IMG/VR virus record: IMGVR_UViG_3300021956_000014
Strand: one strand, 5' to 3'
DNA from: a virus
Length of the DNA stretch: 64,000 nucleotides
Shown here: positions 1 through 9,167 of the stretch, piece after piece
Layout: each line of letters starts with the position of its first letter
Numbering within the stretch: position 1 is the first letter of the stretch
Translations under genes and position numbers: made by a program
Notes under the pieces: generated by a model
What the model saw: the letters and a program-made list of their open reading frames with translations, nothing else
Database searches by the model: none
What the model was told of the DNA's origin: nothing

Positions 1-133
1 GCCAAAAACGCATAAAGTGACTGAGTATGGGGTGGAATATCAATCCGCGATGAGCTTGTCCGCGGTGCAGAAAAACTGTGACACATATGATAGTGATATG
101 TGTCATCACCAGAGTTGCTATAATAGGAGACAT

Positions 134-571
134 TTAGGCCTTTAGGCTTGCACGTAACATCCAACCGTGTTTACGATGTGCATCCATGCGTTCTGCAAGG
201 AAATTACTGAAGCCATGCTCACCTGCTTGTTCAGCTAGGTCATAGGCCATTTTTAATACAACGATCATCTTTTCGTTGTCTTCGTACAATGTGTGTAACA
301 TTAATCCAGGACTTAAAATGTCTGTGGTATCTTCAATTTCGGACAACATGCTAAAGCGGGTGTATGAGCCAGGCATGTAACTACCAATGGCACGAATCTT
401 TTCTGCAAAGTCATCAATGCTACCATATACTTCTTCGTAGATCATGCCAAACAGTTGGTGATGTTCTAAAAAGTCATGTCCTTCTACATTCCAATGAAAG
501 TTGTGTGCTTTTAAATAAAAGCTAAATTCACTGGCGAATGCTACCTTTGCGGCTTCTGCTAATGTTGTCAT
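134..571 (-). CDS. dps: Dps-like ferritin-fold DNA-binding/iron-storage protein
   Basis: 145 aa; ferritin-like Dps pattern (HWNVEG..F..H...E, conserved His/Asp/Glu ferroxidase-type residues), length typical of Dps. Confidence 0.7.
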   Translation of the reverse strand: MTTLAEAAKVAFASEFSFYLKAHNFHWNVEGHDFLEHHQLFGMIYEEVYGSIDDFAEKIRAIGSYMPGSYTRFSMLSEIEDTTDILSPGLMLHTLYEDNEKMIVVLKMAYDLAEQAGEHGFSNFLAERMDAHRKHGWMLRASLKA

Positions 572-3500
572 AGATCGTATCCTGCTTTACGCATCATATT
601 TAAACGAGTTTCCATCATTTCGTTTTCTTTTTCTCGTTGTGCGTGTCGACGTGCATCATTTTCGCCTTGGCGTAATGTTGCTTTAGTAATCTTTTTAAAG
701 TACTCGTGGCCTTTATCGTAGTCACCAGCACGGTCCGCGGCACTGGCACGTACTCCAAGTTCTTTCTTGTAACGTCCTAATAGTTCGTTACTTAGCTCAC
801 TAAGTTCCTCAGACATACCATGTTGTCCTAGTAGCTCTTTGGCTTGTTGTAATTCACGAACTTGTCCCATTAAGCGATCATAATCTGCTTTACCTTGACT
901 ATACGTGTTTCTAGCGCCATATTGATATTCATGATAGGCACGTTGAATCGCTGGTTTTAATTTAGCAATTTCAGCATCAATGTCTACACCGGCGTACTTT
1001 GTTTTAGTTTGTTCTAAATGGTCGGCCGCATCTTTTGCGGCTTTGTCTGCCCAGAATTTATCTGTGCGAACTTTAGCACGATCCAATCCTTGCTGACGTT
1101 TGGCCGCAATAGCAAGGTTCTTTTCACGCTCTTCGGGACTACGAGCAAAACCTGCACCCATTTGTGCTACAGCTTTGGCCATATTTGCTTTGCGATAGTA
1201 GTCACCTAAGGAAACTTCTGTTATACCTTCGTCTACTGTGCCCATGTAATGATGGTCATGTACTTTGTAACCTTTGCGACGGTAGTGTGCAATGGCGGCA
1301 TTGATAGCTTTGGCAGGATCTTCTCCGGGTACACGCACAGTCTTTTGTATAGTCTCGCCACGCTTGCTAACCATTGGGTGGTTGGGGTCAGTTACGGTTA
1401 AACCAATACGGTGTTTAACTGGAGTGTTGCTTTTCCCCATACTTTCGTTCTGTGGCTCATAGTACCAACCCATACCTGGGTCATCACTGCCTGCTCGTTT
1501 AGGATTGTCAAACTTAAAATAGGCAATTTGATCGTCATCCCAATAACCTTTGAATACGCCAGTGGCATCATCAAAGTCTTCGCGATCAAAATGGTCAGCT
1601 TCAAAGCGCCCAAAGAAGTCTATGCTACGACTATAGTGTTCTGGCTGTGGGTGCTTGTATGGATCTTCTCCGCCGTCATCTCTGCCATCGCCGTTACCAT
1701 TTAAAAATTCATTTAGTAATTTACCTAATCTGCTTTCTGTTAGGTCATCACTATTATATTTCATGAGAGCATCTTCTACTTGACTAACTAAATCTTCCAG
1801 GTCTTTATTTTTTATTTCTTCTGGACGATAGTAACCCATGGCTTCTAAATCATATACTACTTCTTCTACTGTGCTTTGACCAAACTCTTTAAATATGTCC
1901 GGGTAATGTGTATGAATGTAGTTTAGAATAACCATAGGCATATCATCACCACTATTACCGCCGCCGGCTGGCGCAAATTCTTTTACAACGCTTTCTGCTG
2001 GTGCTGTTTCTGGTGCTGTTGCTTTTGCTTTGTCTATTGCCATTTGTCTGCTTTTTTCTTGCCCAGCTTGTCTTTGTTTTTGTTTTTCTGCAGGACTTAG
2101 AACAGGCTTTTCAGCAGGTGCAGAACCATTGGCTCTAACAAAGTTATTTGGCGTTGGCATTTCTAGTCTCAGTGGATGATTTAATAATTCTGGATCCTTG
2201 GCCGCGGCCTTCCCAGGAACCAAATAGAATCCCACTAACATACCTTGCCAGGGAATAGTGCCAGTTTGTGTTGGAACCACTTCTTCAAATTCTTTGCCTT
2301 GTTTTCCAGTTTTATAACTATGCGTCAGTTCCTGGTATATATCAGCAACATCGTTTGGTGCTGTCTTAAGTTTGTTGCCAGGGGCCGATATTCCACCGGT
2401 TTGTTGTTGCCAAGCATCTAATTCGTCTTTAGACAACTGGTTATCTTTATTAGCATCAAATTGACTTAGATACTTTAATTGAGTTTGATTGAAATCATTT
2501 CTTTTTGCATTTGCTAGACCTCTGGTATTTTTGCTTTGACTGGTTCCTAAGGTTTTGTATCTTGACTCTAGCGCATTGCGATCAATGACAAATACAACTT
2601 GATAATTTCTGCCGACGTCAGCACCGCTAAGTTGGTATTCTAAACTTCTACCAAAACTTACAGTGGGTAATTTAGTCTGAGCATCAGTAGGAGCCTGCGC
2701 CGCTTGCTTCCCTCCTTTGAATACACCTGATTGTAATATTGCCTTGGCAGTAGCGGCATCTTGTGTAGAATGGTACAGATAGTTTCCACCCACTGCTTCA
2801 TTTACAGCAAATTCTCTTAGGTTTTTCTTTTTGTATTCGATATAGGGCTTCACGAAATCATCGATCCATGTACCTTCTTTGACAGCCCAGGCAAAGTCTA
2901 CAAGTCGTCCACCGCCCCCGCCAATCTCTCCAAACAGTTTTGCAAGATGCATGACTTCTTCTTTGCTGGCGCCGGTGCGGTCTTGAATTAGTCCAATGAT
3001 CCACTCAATGTTGTCATTGTCAATGGAGTCAGAATACTTTTCCCACAGCATTGGATTTTGAACAATCATAGAACCCAACTGACCTAGTTTTTTAACCAAC
3101 TGACGTTCACGATCAAATGGCTCAGCATCTTCCGCCATACCTTTGGCGACACTTTTTCTTTCACTTGCCGCCAATCTTTTGTGTTTTTCGTATGCTTTTT
3201 TGTAATGATCGGCCATCAGTGAATTTCCACTACGAACCGCCGCAATATATGCTTCGTGAGCTAATCTGGCCAGTTCTGAGTGACTTTTGGCACCTTCGGT
3301 CATGCCTTCATGACCAGCAACTTGTTTAAGTTCCTGTTCAATTCTAATTAGATTCTTTGGTGATACTTCAGCAATGATGCTGTCTAGGTCACCTTCGTAT
3401 TGGTCCCAGTATTGTGAGAACAGTGGCGCACTGGTATTCAAATACTCTAGTGCGTCATCACCTTGGTCATAAATCTGTTGATATAATTGACGAATAGTAT

Positions 3501-4608
3501 TACCAATATTTTCTGAGCCTTCCGCCATACCTTGTCTTTTTAGCCTGTCTGTGCCTTGTCTTATTAAAGTGTTTAATGTAAGTAAAGCATCTCCAGCGGC
3601 TCGTTTTTGTATACTTGGGTCTGCATCGACTGTGTCGCGCATGGCGTCATAGGCTTTTTTTAGTTTTGGTAATCCAGACTGCTCAACATCGTCAAAGTAG
3701 TCGCCCAATTCGTCAACGATGGTATCAGTCATGTCGCTACCAGCTTTTGCGCCGTCGTAGATTTCTTTGGCCACATAAAAAACTGCTTTAACTAAATCAA
3801 CATCAATGTGAATTGCCTCTGTAACACCTTGTGTACCTTTTTTCAAATAACTGGCCGCGCTGTCTATGGCATCTTGCTTGTCATCTGTGTGGTAGTCGGC
3901 TTCGGGGTTGCGGTGCCCACCTTCATAAAACTGTACCACATATTCGTTCCACTCGACATTTTTGTATACTTTAACAGCACGTTGCCCTTCTTCGTATTTG
4001 GCCAGTAGGCGCATGCCGTTGGCTGAGCCCTCTGCTACACTCGGTTCTTTTTTCTTTTGCTCATCAGCATAGGCCATTAGGCGTTCCCAGGCCGCATCGC
4101 TATCGGATTTGGCCTTATCTTGTTCTGCAGGGCTTAGTCCAGGCTTACGTGGACGATTGCTAAACTCTGCACGAGCCGATGCTGTATTTGCTCGGCGTGC
4201 TTCAGCAACACCGCGTAGTTCATCTGCAGGCCAACTCATATAACTGTCGCCATGGACATCACCGGCACGTACTACAAACACCCCAGGCTCGTCTTCATAT
4301 CCTTCGTCTTGACCAATTTCCCAACCAGCCGCCATCAGTGTTTGTTCAATTCGAGGATCTTCATTGCCGTTGTACCATTGGGCGGCAAGAAGCTTGAGCG
4401 TGTCATCGCTGAAACCATCATCGCCGCCGTCACCATCACCTGCGGGTGCAAATTCAGCCAATTGACTTTCTTTGATCAGCTGTGGCTTTTTTCTTTTGTT
4501 TTGTTGTGATAAGTCGTATAAGTTCATATTACTTTTGTCCCGGAACTGGTGCGCCAACAGCGCCAGCGGCCGTCTGTTGCATTTGTTGTTGTTTCTTTTG
4601 CTCGGCAC
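568..4608 (-). CDS. very large (1346 aa) multidomain protein, likely virion-associated/ejected; function unknown
   Basis: Single uninterrupted ORF with coiled-coil-rich C-terminal third. N-terminal 27 codons overlap the upstream gene, whose TAA stop lies 1 nt before internal Met28 (ATG 4527..4525); true start probably there. Confidence 0.5.
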   Translation of the reverse strand: MPSKRNNNKCNRRPLALLAHQFRDKSNMNLYDLSQQNKRKKPQLIKESQLAEFAPAGDGDGGDDGFSDDTLKLLAAQWYNGNEDPRIEQTLMAAGWEIGQDEGYEDEPGVFVVRAGDVHGDSYMSWPADELRGVAEARRANTASARAEFSNRPRKPGLSPAEQDKAKSDSDAAWERLMAYADEQKKKEPSVAEGSANGMRLLAKYEEGQRAVKVYKNVEWNEYVVQFYEGGHRNPEADYHTDDKQDAIDSAASYLKKGTQGVTEAIHIDVDLVKAVFYVAKEIYDGAKAGSDMTDTIVDELGDYFDDVEQSGLPKLKKAYDAMRDTVDADPSIQKRAAGDALLTLNTLIRQGTDRLKRQGMAEGSENIGNTIRQLYQQIYDQGDDALEYLNTSAPLFSQYWDQYEGDLDSIIAEVSPKNLIRIEQELKQVAGHEGMTEGAKSHSELARLAHEAYIAAVRSGNSLMADHYKKAYEKHKRLAASERKSVAKGMAEDAEPFDRERQLVKKLGQLGSMIVQNPMLWEKYSDSIDNDNIEWIIGLIQDRTGASKEEVMHLAKLFGEIGGGGGRLVDFAWAVKEGTWIDDFVKPYIEYKKKNLREFAVNEAVGGNYLYHSTQDAATAKAILQSGVFKGGKQAAQAPTDAQTKLPTVSFGRSLEYQLSGADVGRNYQVVFVIDRNALESRYKTLGTSQSKNTRGLANAKRNDFNQTQLKYLSQFDANKDNQLSKDELDAWQQQTGGISAPGNKLKTAPNDVADIYQELTHSYKTGKQGKEFEEVVPTQTGTIPWQGMLVGFYLVPGKAAAKDPELLNHPLRLEMPTPNNFVRANGSAPAEKPVLSPAEKQKQRQAGQEKSRQMAIDKAKATAPETAPAESVVKEFAPAGGGNSGDDMPMVILNYIHTHYPDIFKEFGQSTVEEVVYDLEAMGYYRPEEIKNKDLEDLVSQVEDALMKYNSDDLTESRLGKLLNEFLNGNGDGRDDGGEDPYKHPQPEHYSRSIDFFGRFEADHFDREDFDDATGVFKGYWDDDQIAYFKFDNPKRAGSDDPGMGWYYEPQNESMGKSNTPVKHRIGLTVTDPNHPMVSKRGETIQKTVRVPGEDPAKAINAAIAHYRRKGYKVHDHHYMGTVDEGITEVSLGDYYRKANMAKAVAQMGAGFARSPEEREKNLAIAAKRQQGLDRAKVRTDKFWADKAAKDAADHLEQTKTKYAGVDIDAEIAKLKPAIQRAYHEYQYGARNTYSQGKADYDRLMGQVRELQQAKELLGQHGMSEELSELSNELLGRYKKELGVRASAADRAGDYDKGHEYFKKITKATLRQGENDARRHAQREKENEMMETRLNMMRKAGYDL

Positions 4609-5227
4609 TGGCCTGCGTAACTAAATCTTTAAATTTGCCTTGTAGCTGGGGATTGGCCATGATAGGTGCTAATACTGTACCCGCAGTGGCAACTGCGCCT
4701 TTATCTCCGGGTGTCAATGGTTGCTGGTCATCTACTTTATCAAATGCTTTGACAACTTGTGCAGGATTGCTGACAGCGGCTCCGGCCGCTTTTAAACTGG
4801 CTACACCTTTTTGTAAGTTGGCTTGATCCATTTTTTCTTGTTGCGCCAACTTTTGTTGTGCGGCCTGTTGAGCAGGGTCTGGTTTTTGCTGTTGTTGTGG
4901 TGTACCGGGTTTGGTCAAATCTGTGCCCAGTGTGGGCTTGTTGGGTTGCGGCTGTTGTTGCTGTTGCGGTTGGTTGGGCTGTACCGGAGCTTCTTTAATA
5001 AAGTCTCTGTATTCACGCATCAAGTCTCTTGCGGGCGATTCCTGTAGCGCAGATTCTAAATCACGTAGAATACTTTCACCGCCAACATATTTGTCTTTGG
5101 CCGCACTGGCTGGATCTGTACCTCGCCACTTGCCTGTGTGTTTTGGACCTGTAGGTTTTTTCTTGGCGTCGGCCATTGTGCCTTCGTCAAGTGTATCTAA
5201 CTTACCTAGTAGGCCTCGCATGTCCAT
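4529..5227 (-). CDS. low-complexity Gln/Pro-rich protein
   Basis: 232 aa with PQQQQQPQPN, QQQQKPDPAQQAAQQ tracts; stop 1 nt upstream of Met28 of the giant ORF (translational coupling). Confidence 0.45.
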   Translation of the reverse strand: MDMRGLLGKLDTLDEGTMADAKKKPTGPKHTGKWRGTDPASAAKDKYVGGESILRDLESALQESPARDLMREYRDFIKEAPVQPNQPQQQQQPQPNKPTLGTDLTKPGTPQQQQKPDPAQQAAQQKLAQQEKMDQANLQKGVASLKAAGAAVSNPAQVVKAFDKVDDQQPLTPGDKGAVATAGTVLAPIMANPQLQGKFKDLVTQASAEQKKQQQMQQTAAGAVGAPVPGQK

Positions 5228-5715
5228 TAATATACGCCTTTACCAATCTTGGGCTGTTTTGTTTTCATTGCGTTACCATACTTTTTAGTGGCGGCTGATT
5301 CTTGCTTGACACGGCGTTGTGTTGGAACTGCTTCTTCCACCGGCCCAGTCGCAAATCCAGCTGATACACTGGCTCCAACACTAGCAGACTCTGCCACTAT
5401 ATCTTCAAAGCGGCGCTCTGCATCTTCAAAGGCAAACGCAGGCATTGAGCTTTTTTCTTGTTCAATGTTTTCGTAGCTTAGATACTCGTAAACAGTACGT
5501 AGATAATCGTTAGCTAACGTGATCTTCTCGCTAACCCAACCTTCTAAGTTTCCAGTTTCTTTTACACCTTGTAAAATCTTGTGTAACTTAATAGCATAAT
5601 CTGCGGCATTGTAACAATCGGCGCGGGCCATTTGCACTTCGTGGTCGCTGTGCATTTCATCGGCATCTTGTGCAATAAATGGGTTGTGTTCTACGATAAA
5701 TTCTGTTGGTTTCAT
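5227..5715 (-). CDS. hypothetical protein
   Basis: 162 aa ORF, ATG start, coding strand consistent with neighbours. Confidence 0.45.
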   Translation of the reverse strand: MKPTEFIVEHNPFIAQDADEMHSDHEVQMARADCYNAADYAIKLHKILQGVKETGNLEGWVSEKITLANDYLRTVYEYLSYENIEQEKSSMPAFAFEDAERRFEDIVAESASVGASVSAGFATGPVEEAVPTQRRVKQESAATKKYGNAMKTKQPKIGKGVY

Positions 5716-5744
5716 GTCAAAAATCCTGTTATTCTATATTTATG

Positions 5745-6023
5745 TTACACTATATTGAATACTGTATTACCAGCTGGGGGTATTCCATCTAGCTTTATTT
5801 GTTCTACAGTAAATGTGCCCAATGCTGGATCTACATTTTCTACTCTTAATCGATGCTGTCCCACCGGAGCTTCTAATATAACTGTTTCTTCAATGTAATG
5901 ACTAGAGCCCCACGTAAATGTGCGCTCCGTGATTAAGTCATTATCAACATACACACGATATCTAGGTGGATCTCCATCATAGTAACAGTAAACATCAAAT
6001 TTTAATTCTGCGTGGCGTAGCAT
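5745..6023 (-). CDS. hypothetical protein
   Basis: 92 aa ORF tightly packed between neighbours. Confidence 0.4.
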   Translation of the reverse strand: MLRHAELKFDVYCYYDGDPPRYRVYVDNDLITERTFTWGSSHYIEETVILEAPVGQHRLRVENVDPALGTFTVEQIKLDGIPPAGNTVFNIV

Positions 6024-6026
6024 ACA

Positions 6027-7004
6027 TTATCCTCTGTGTTTGAAGTACTGTACTTGACGCTCTCTTTTCTCGGCGCCGCTTCGGCTTGGGTAAGTACCTA
6101 GATTTTTTCCTGTGTGACTGACTAATCTGTAGCCACCTTTGACTTTGCGTATTGTTTCAGCAACACCACCCACCGGGCTGGTGCTGTCTACGCTATTGAT
6201 GCCATTGTAAGCATTGGCATCTTCGCTGAGGTATTTGTCTAATATTTGCTGTGCGCCACGTGGATTCTTGGGATATAAATCGCCAACAATCTCGGCTTTT
6301 TGTTTTGGGCTGGCTTTTGGCCACATGTTGCGTATTTGTGTAGCACTAGTGACGCCACTAGGCCCTGCAGGAAACTCTACAGTAGGCAAATAAGCCATGT
6401 AACCATTTTGGCTCATTGGTTGTGGATTTTTGCTGTATGGTTGTAGGTACGACGGACTTCCATCTTTCTTGACGCCGCCGGCATGCGGCGGTTCATCTCG
6501 ATCTTTCTCACTGCGAGCAAAAACCAGAACAGTTGAGTTGGGGTCGTAGTTGGCTGTGATTTCTTTGGCTTGAAATGGGCTTTTAACTTGTACAAAATGC
6601 CCCGGTGGTACACCGGCAATTTGTGCTAGGCGTGCTTTGTCAGCAATATCAAATGGTCTATTGGCCTTGTCGTTTGTGGCCGCATAGTAAATATCGGCGC
6701 CGGGAAAGGCTTTTTGTGCTGAATTGTATAGGCTAAGGTGCCCTGGGTGGAAAGGGTGAAAACCGCCAGGTAGTATGACCACAGTTTTCTGTGCTGGTTT
6801 AGCTTCAAACAATTCAAAAATAAACATAGTATTGTATTTAGCTATAAACAAAAAAGGCCCTTGCGGGCCCTTTTTAGATATTTTCCAGTAACCACAAGTA
6901 AAACGGGCTGTTAAATTTAAGCTCGTATGTACCATTGAACCCAAAATTAATACAATGTGGCAATTCTGTTGCACCCGGACTTGGAAAGTCTTGTGGAGCA
7001 TCAT
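6027..7004 (-). CDS. nucleotidyltransferase, NMN/NaMN adenylyltransferase- or cytidylyltransferase-like
   Basis: GGFHPFHPGH (GxFxPxHxGH, HxGH motif) plus C-terminal VTSATQIR (ISSTxxR-type motif); N-terminal 59 codons of the maximal ORF overlap the upstream gene and look non-coding, likely start Met60 (ATG 6827). Confidence 0.55.
   Translation of the reverse strand: MMLHKTFQVRVQQNCHIVLILGSMVHTSLNLTARFTCGYWKISKKGPQGPFLFIAKYNTMFIFELFEAKPAQKTVVILPGGFHPFHPGHLSLYNSAQKAFPGADIYYAATNDKANRPFDIADKARLAQIAGVPPGHFVQVKSPFQAKEITANYDPNSTVLVFARSEKDRDEPPHAGGVKKDGSPSYLQPYSKNPQPMSQNGYMAYLPTVEFPAGPSGVTSATQIRNMWPKASPKQKAEIVGDLYPKNPRGAQQILDKYLSEDANAYNGINSVDSTSPVGGVAETIRKVKGGYRLVSHTGKNLGTYPSRSGAEKRERQVQYFKHRG
6850..6880. 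terminator. bidirectional intrinsic terminator hairpin
   Basis: AAAAAAGGCCCttgcGGGCCCTTTTT: GC stem flanked by A-run and T-run, at the 3' end of gene 6874..7347. Confidence 0.55.
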
Positions 7005-7347
7005 ATTTGAACACGCTTAACATCTGAGTTAGTGTACCTAGTTCAATATCGTCAACTTCAATATCAATAAGATTTAACAGCATATCTTTAACAATCACAT
7101 GATTGTCTGGATCAGTGACGTCTGTAACAGTATCTTCTACTGCTTTGTTATCTAATCGAATTTTTAACACATGCTCTGCATCTTCTTCCACAGAGCAGTC
7201 AAACTCAACATATTCAACTTCATCAGAATCCTTGGTAATGTATGCATTGACACACTCTTTATCGTCAACGCTGATTATATAGTGGGGTTTCTTGTCCCAA
7301 TATGTACCGCTTAGTTTGATTTTAAAGTGTATCTTTTCCATTGACAT
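6874..7347 (-). CDS. hypothetical protein
   Basis: 157 aa ORF followed by terminator hairpin. Confidence 0.45.
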   Translation of the reverse strand: MSMEKIHFKIKLSGTYWDKKPHYIISVDDKECVNAYITKDSDEVEYVEFDCSVEEDAEHVLKIRLDNKAVEDTVTDVTDPDNHVIVKDMLLNLIDIEVDDIELGTLTQMLSVFKYDAPQDFPSPGATELPHCINFGFNGTYELKFNSPFYLWLLENI

Positions 7348-7350
7348 AAT

Positions 7351-8232
7351 TTATGCCTCCTGGGGTGCGGCCTTGGTGGCCATATTAATAGCATCACGCA
7401 ATGCGGCAGGAGCAGTTTCCGGGACTCCAGCAACTTCATTGCCAAATTTTGGCATCTTACTAAGGTCTCCGGCAAACTCGTAGTGACCGATATGGTTCAA
7501 CAGAACCTTACCATGTGCCCAAATCTCGCCGCCGATTTTAGCCCAGCGTCGGCAGAACAACCAATCCTCACTAAGATAATGTCCGCGCTCGTCAATATTG
7601 CAATCAAAGATGGAATACATCATTGGCTCGTACTGTTTACCCAATCCCACATCATCAACATACTTGCATTCTGGGTGTGCTTGGATTAGTTTTTCATATA
7701 CATGACGCTTGAACATCAAAAAGCCTGTGCCCATAGTGTCAACTGTAAAGATGTCACCTTGAATCTTTGTTTCTGGACGCAAGTTAATCACATAGTTAAC
7801 TGGCAATGCTTTTTTAGGATACAAACCACCGATTACATCTTTGTCACAGGCCATCATTTTAAGAATAGCATCCGGCTCAAAGCGAATGTCAGCATCAATA
7901 AACATAAAGTGAGTGGCTTCTTTGTTGGTCATCATTTTAGCCATTAAGTTATTGCGAGCGCGAGTAACCAAGCTCTCATTGACCATGGTATCTAGACTCC
8001 AGTTTAACCCCGCTTGTTGCGCCAATAGAATAAAACGCAAGAAGCTAGTCATGGTTGGTTCACTGACCATGCCACCATAGCAAGGAATACCAATATGTAA
8101 ATGATATTTACGGAAATCAAACGGTACACCTTGTTGTTGTGCTGGTGCTTGTGCTTGTTGTGCTCTCGCGGCCGCGGCTTTTTTTATCAAATCTACAGCG
8201 GCAGATTGATTAATCTTTTTATCTTTGCTCAT
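7351..8232 (-). CDS. putative GT-A fold glycosyltransferase
   Basis: 293 aa; HIGIPCYGG...ARNNL...FIDADIRF with DxD-type motif (IDAD), resembling family-2-like glycosyltransferases. Confidence 0.45.
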   Translation of the reverse strand: MSKDKKINQSAAVDLIKKAAAARAQQAQAPAQQQGVPFDFRKYHLHIGIPCYGGMVSEPTMTSFLRFILLAQQAGLNWSLDTMVNESLVTRARNNLMAKMMTNKEATHFMFIDADIRFEPDAILKMMACDKDVIGGLYPKKALPVNYVINLRPETKIQGDIFTVDTMGTGFLMFKRHVYEKLIQAHPECKYVDDVGLGKQYEPMMYSIFDCNIDERGHYLSEDWLFCRRWAKIGGEIWAHGKVLLNHIGHYEFAGDLSKMPKFGNEVAGVPETAPAALRDAINMATKAAPQEA

Positions 8233-8252
8233 TGATTACTTTCTTTGGTTAA

Positions 8253-8417
8253 TTATGCTTTACTAACTTCAACAACTACGCCCTGTCCTAGTAGCTCTTC
8301 GGCTACTGATGCTAGTGCAGTTAAAGTGTCAGTGCTGGCAATGTCGTGTCCGGGGTCGTCATTTTTAACTAGTTTACTAATAGTGATGACAATCACCTCT
8401 TCTTGAATCTTAGCCAT
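8253..8417 (-). CDS. small hypothetical protein (54 aa)
   Basis: Sub-threshold ORF with RBS AAGGAGAAG 5 nt before ATG; MAKIQEEVIVITISKLVKNDDPGH...; fills an otherwise empty 215-nt gap. Confidence 0.35.
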   Translation of the reverse strand: MAKIQEEVIVITISKLVKNDDPGHDIASTDTLTALASVAEELLGQGVVVEVSKA

Positions 8418-8447
8418 TGGCTTCTCCTTGAATATACAAGTATTTAT

Positions 8448-9167
8448 TTAGGTGACAACCACTGGATGAATATTTAATATACAGCCCGGATGTATTAGCT
8501 CTAAAAAGGTTGTGACTTTTTCGTCGTTGGCGTAAAACCAAATATTCCAAAAACCATCAAATTTTGAACTTAGCATTCGTTTGACACCCCCAGACACCTT
8601 GACTTCGTCTGTACCAAGTCCTTCTAAGTAGTTGAGCATCTGCTGTTTAGTAATAACATTACATCGCCCGTCACGCAATACAACCTTGTATTTGTAGGAA
8701 AAGTTTTTTTTGCGTATAATTACTCCGCTCTTAAGCAGGTTTTGTGTCTGCTGGTTGGCAGGACCGGATATGCCCAGGACAATGTGTCGGTATTTTGGGC
8801 CCAGCTGATCAACGATTGTTTTTAATTCGTTTTCAGTTTCGGCATAGAACTGTATTTCGGGTTCTTCAACACGAATCTTTACATTTGGATTATTGTCTTT
8901 TACAGCACGAATAACATGTAGAAGAGCCACATCAATCTTATCTAGGTTATGTGTGGATGCTCTGCCCCAATAGCCACCGGGATTAATCTGCCTAAAGTGG
9001 CGCCTTGCTGTAATAGCGGTTTCGTAGTCGGTGCTTTCCTGTACAATTCGGCCACCATAGACTTCTAGCCTCATACGGTACAGGTATTTTCCAAAAAATT
9101 GTTTTGTAGTCTCTTCGAATTTAACCGAATAATTTTTACTTTTCCAGTACGATATATCCATGCTCAT
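8448..9167 (-). CDS. hypothetical protein
   Basis: 239 aa ORF immediately downstream of clpA, 32-nt overlap. Confidence 0.45.
   Translation of the reverse strand: MSMDISYWKSKNYSVKFEETTKQFFGKYLYRMRLEVYGGRIVQESTDYETAITARRHFRQINPGGYWGRASTHNLDKIDVALLHVIRAVKDNNPNVKIRVEEPEIQFYAETENELKTIVDQLGPKYRHIVLGISGPANQQTQNLLKSGVIIRKKNFSYKYKVVLRDGRCNVITKQQMLNYLEGLGTDEVKVSGGVKRMLSSKFDGFWNIWFYANDEKVTTFLELIHPGCILNIHPVVVT

Noticed and set aside
1018-1704. Plus-strand ORFs (1018..1209, 1411..1704) and many similar short ORFs antisense to long minus-strand genes (e.g. 3117..3329, 9491..9817, 39675..40268, 58886..59524, 55838..56188)
   Set aside because: They lie entirely inside long, well-supported ORFs on the opposite strand, have low-complexity or Cys/Leu-rich nonsense-like composition, and lack RBS. 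Treated as antisense artefacts.
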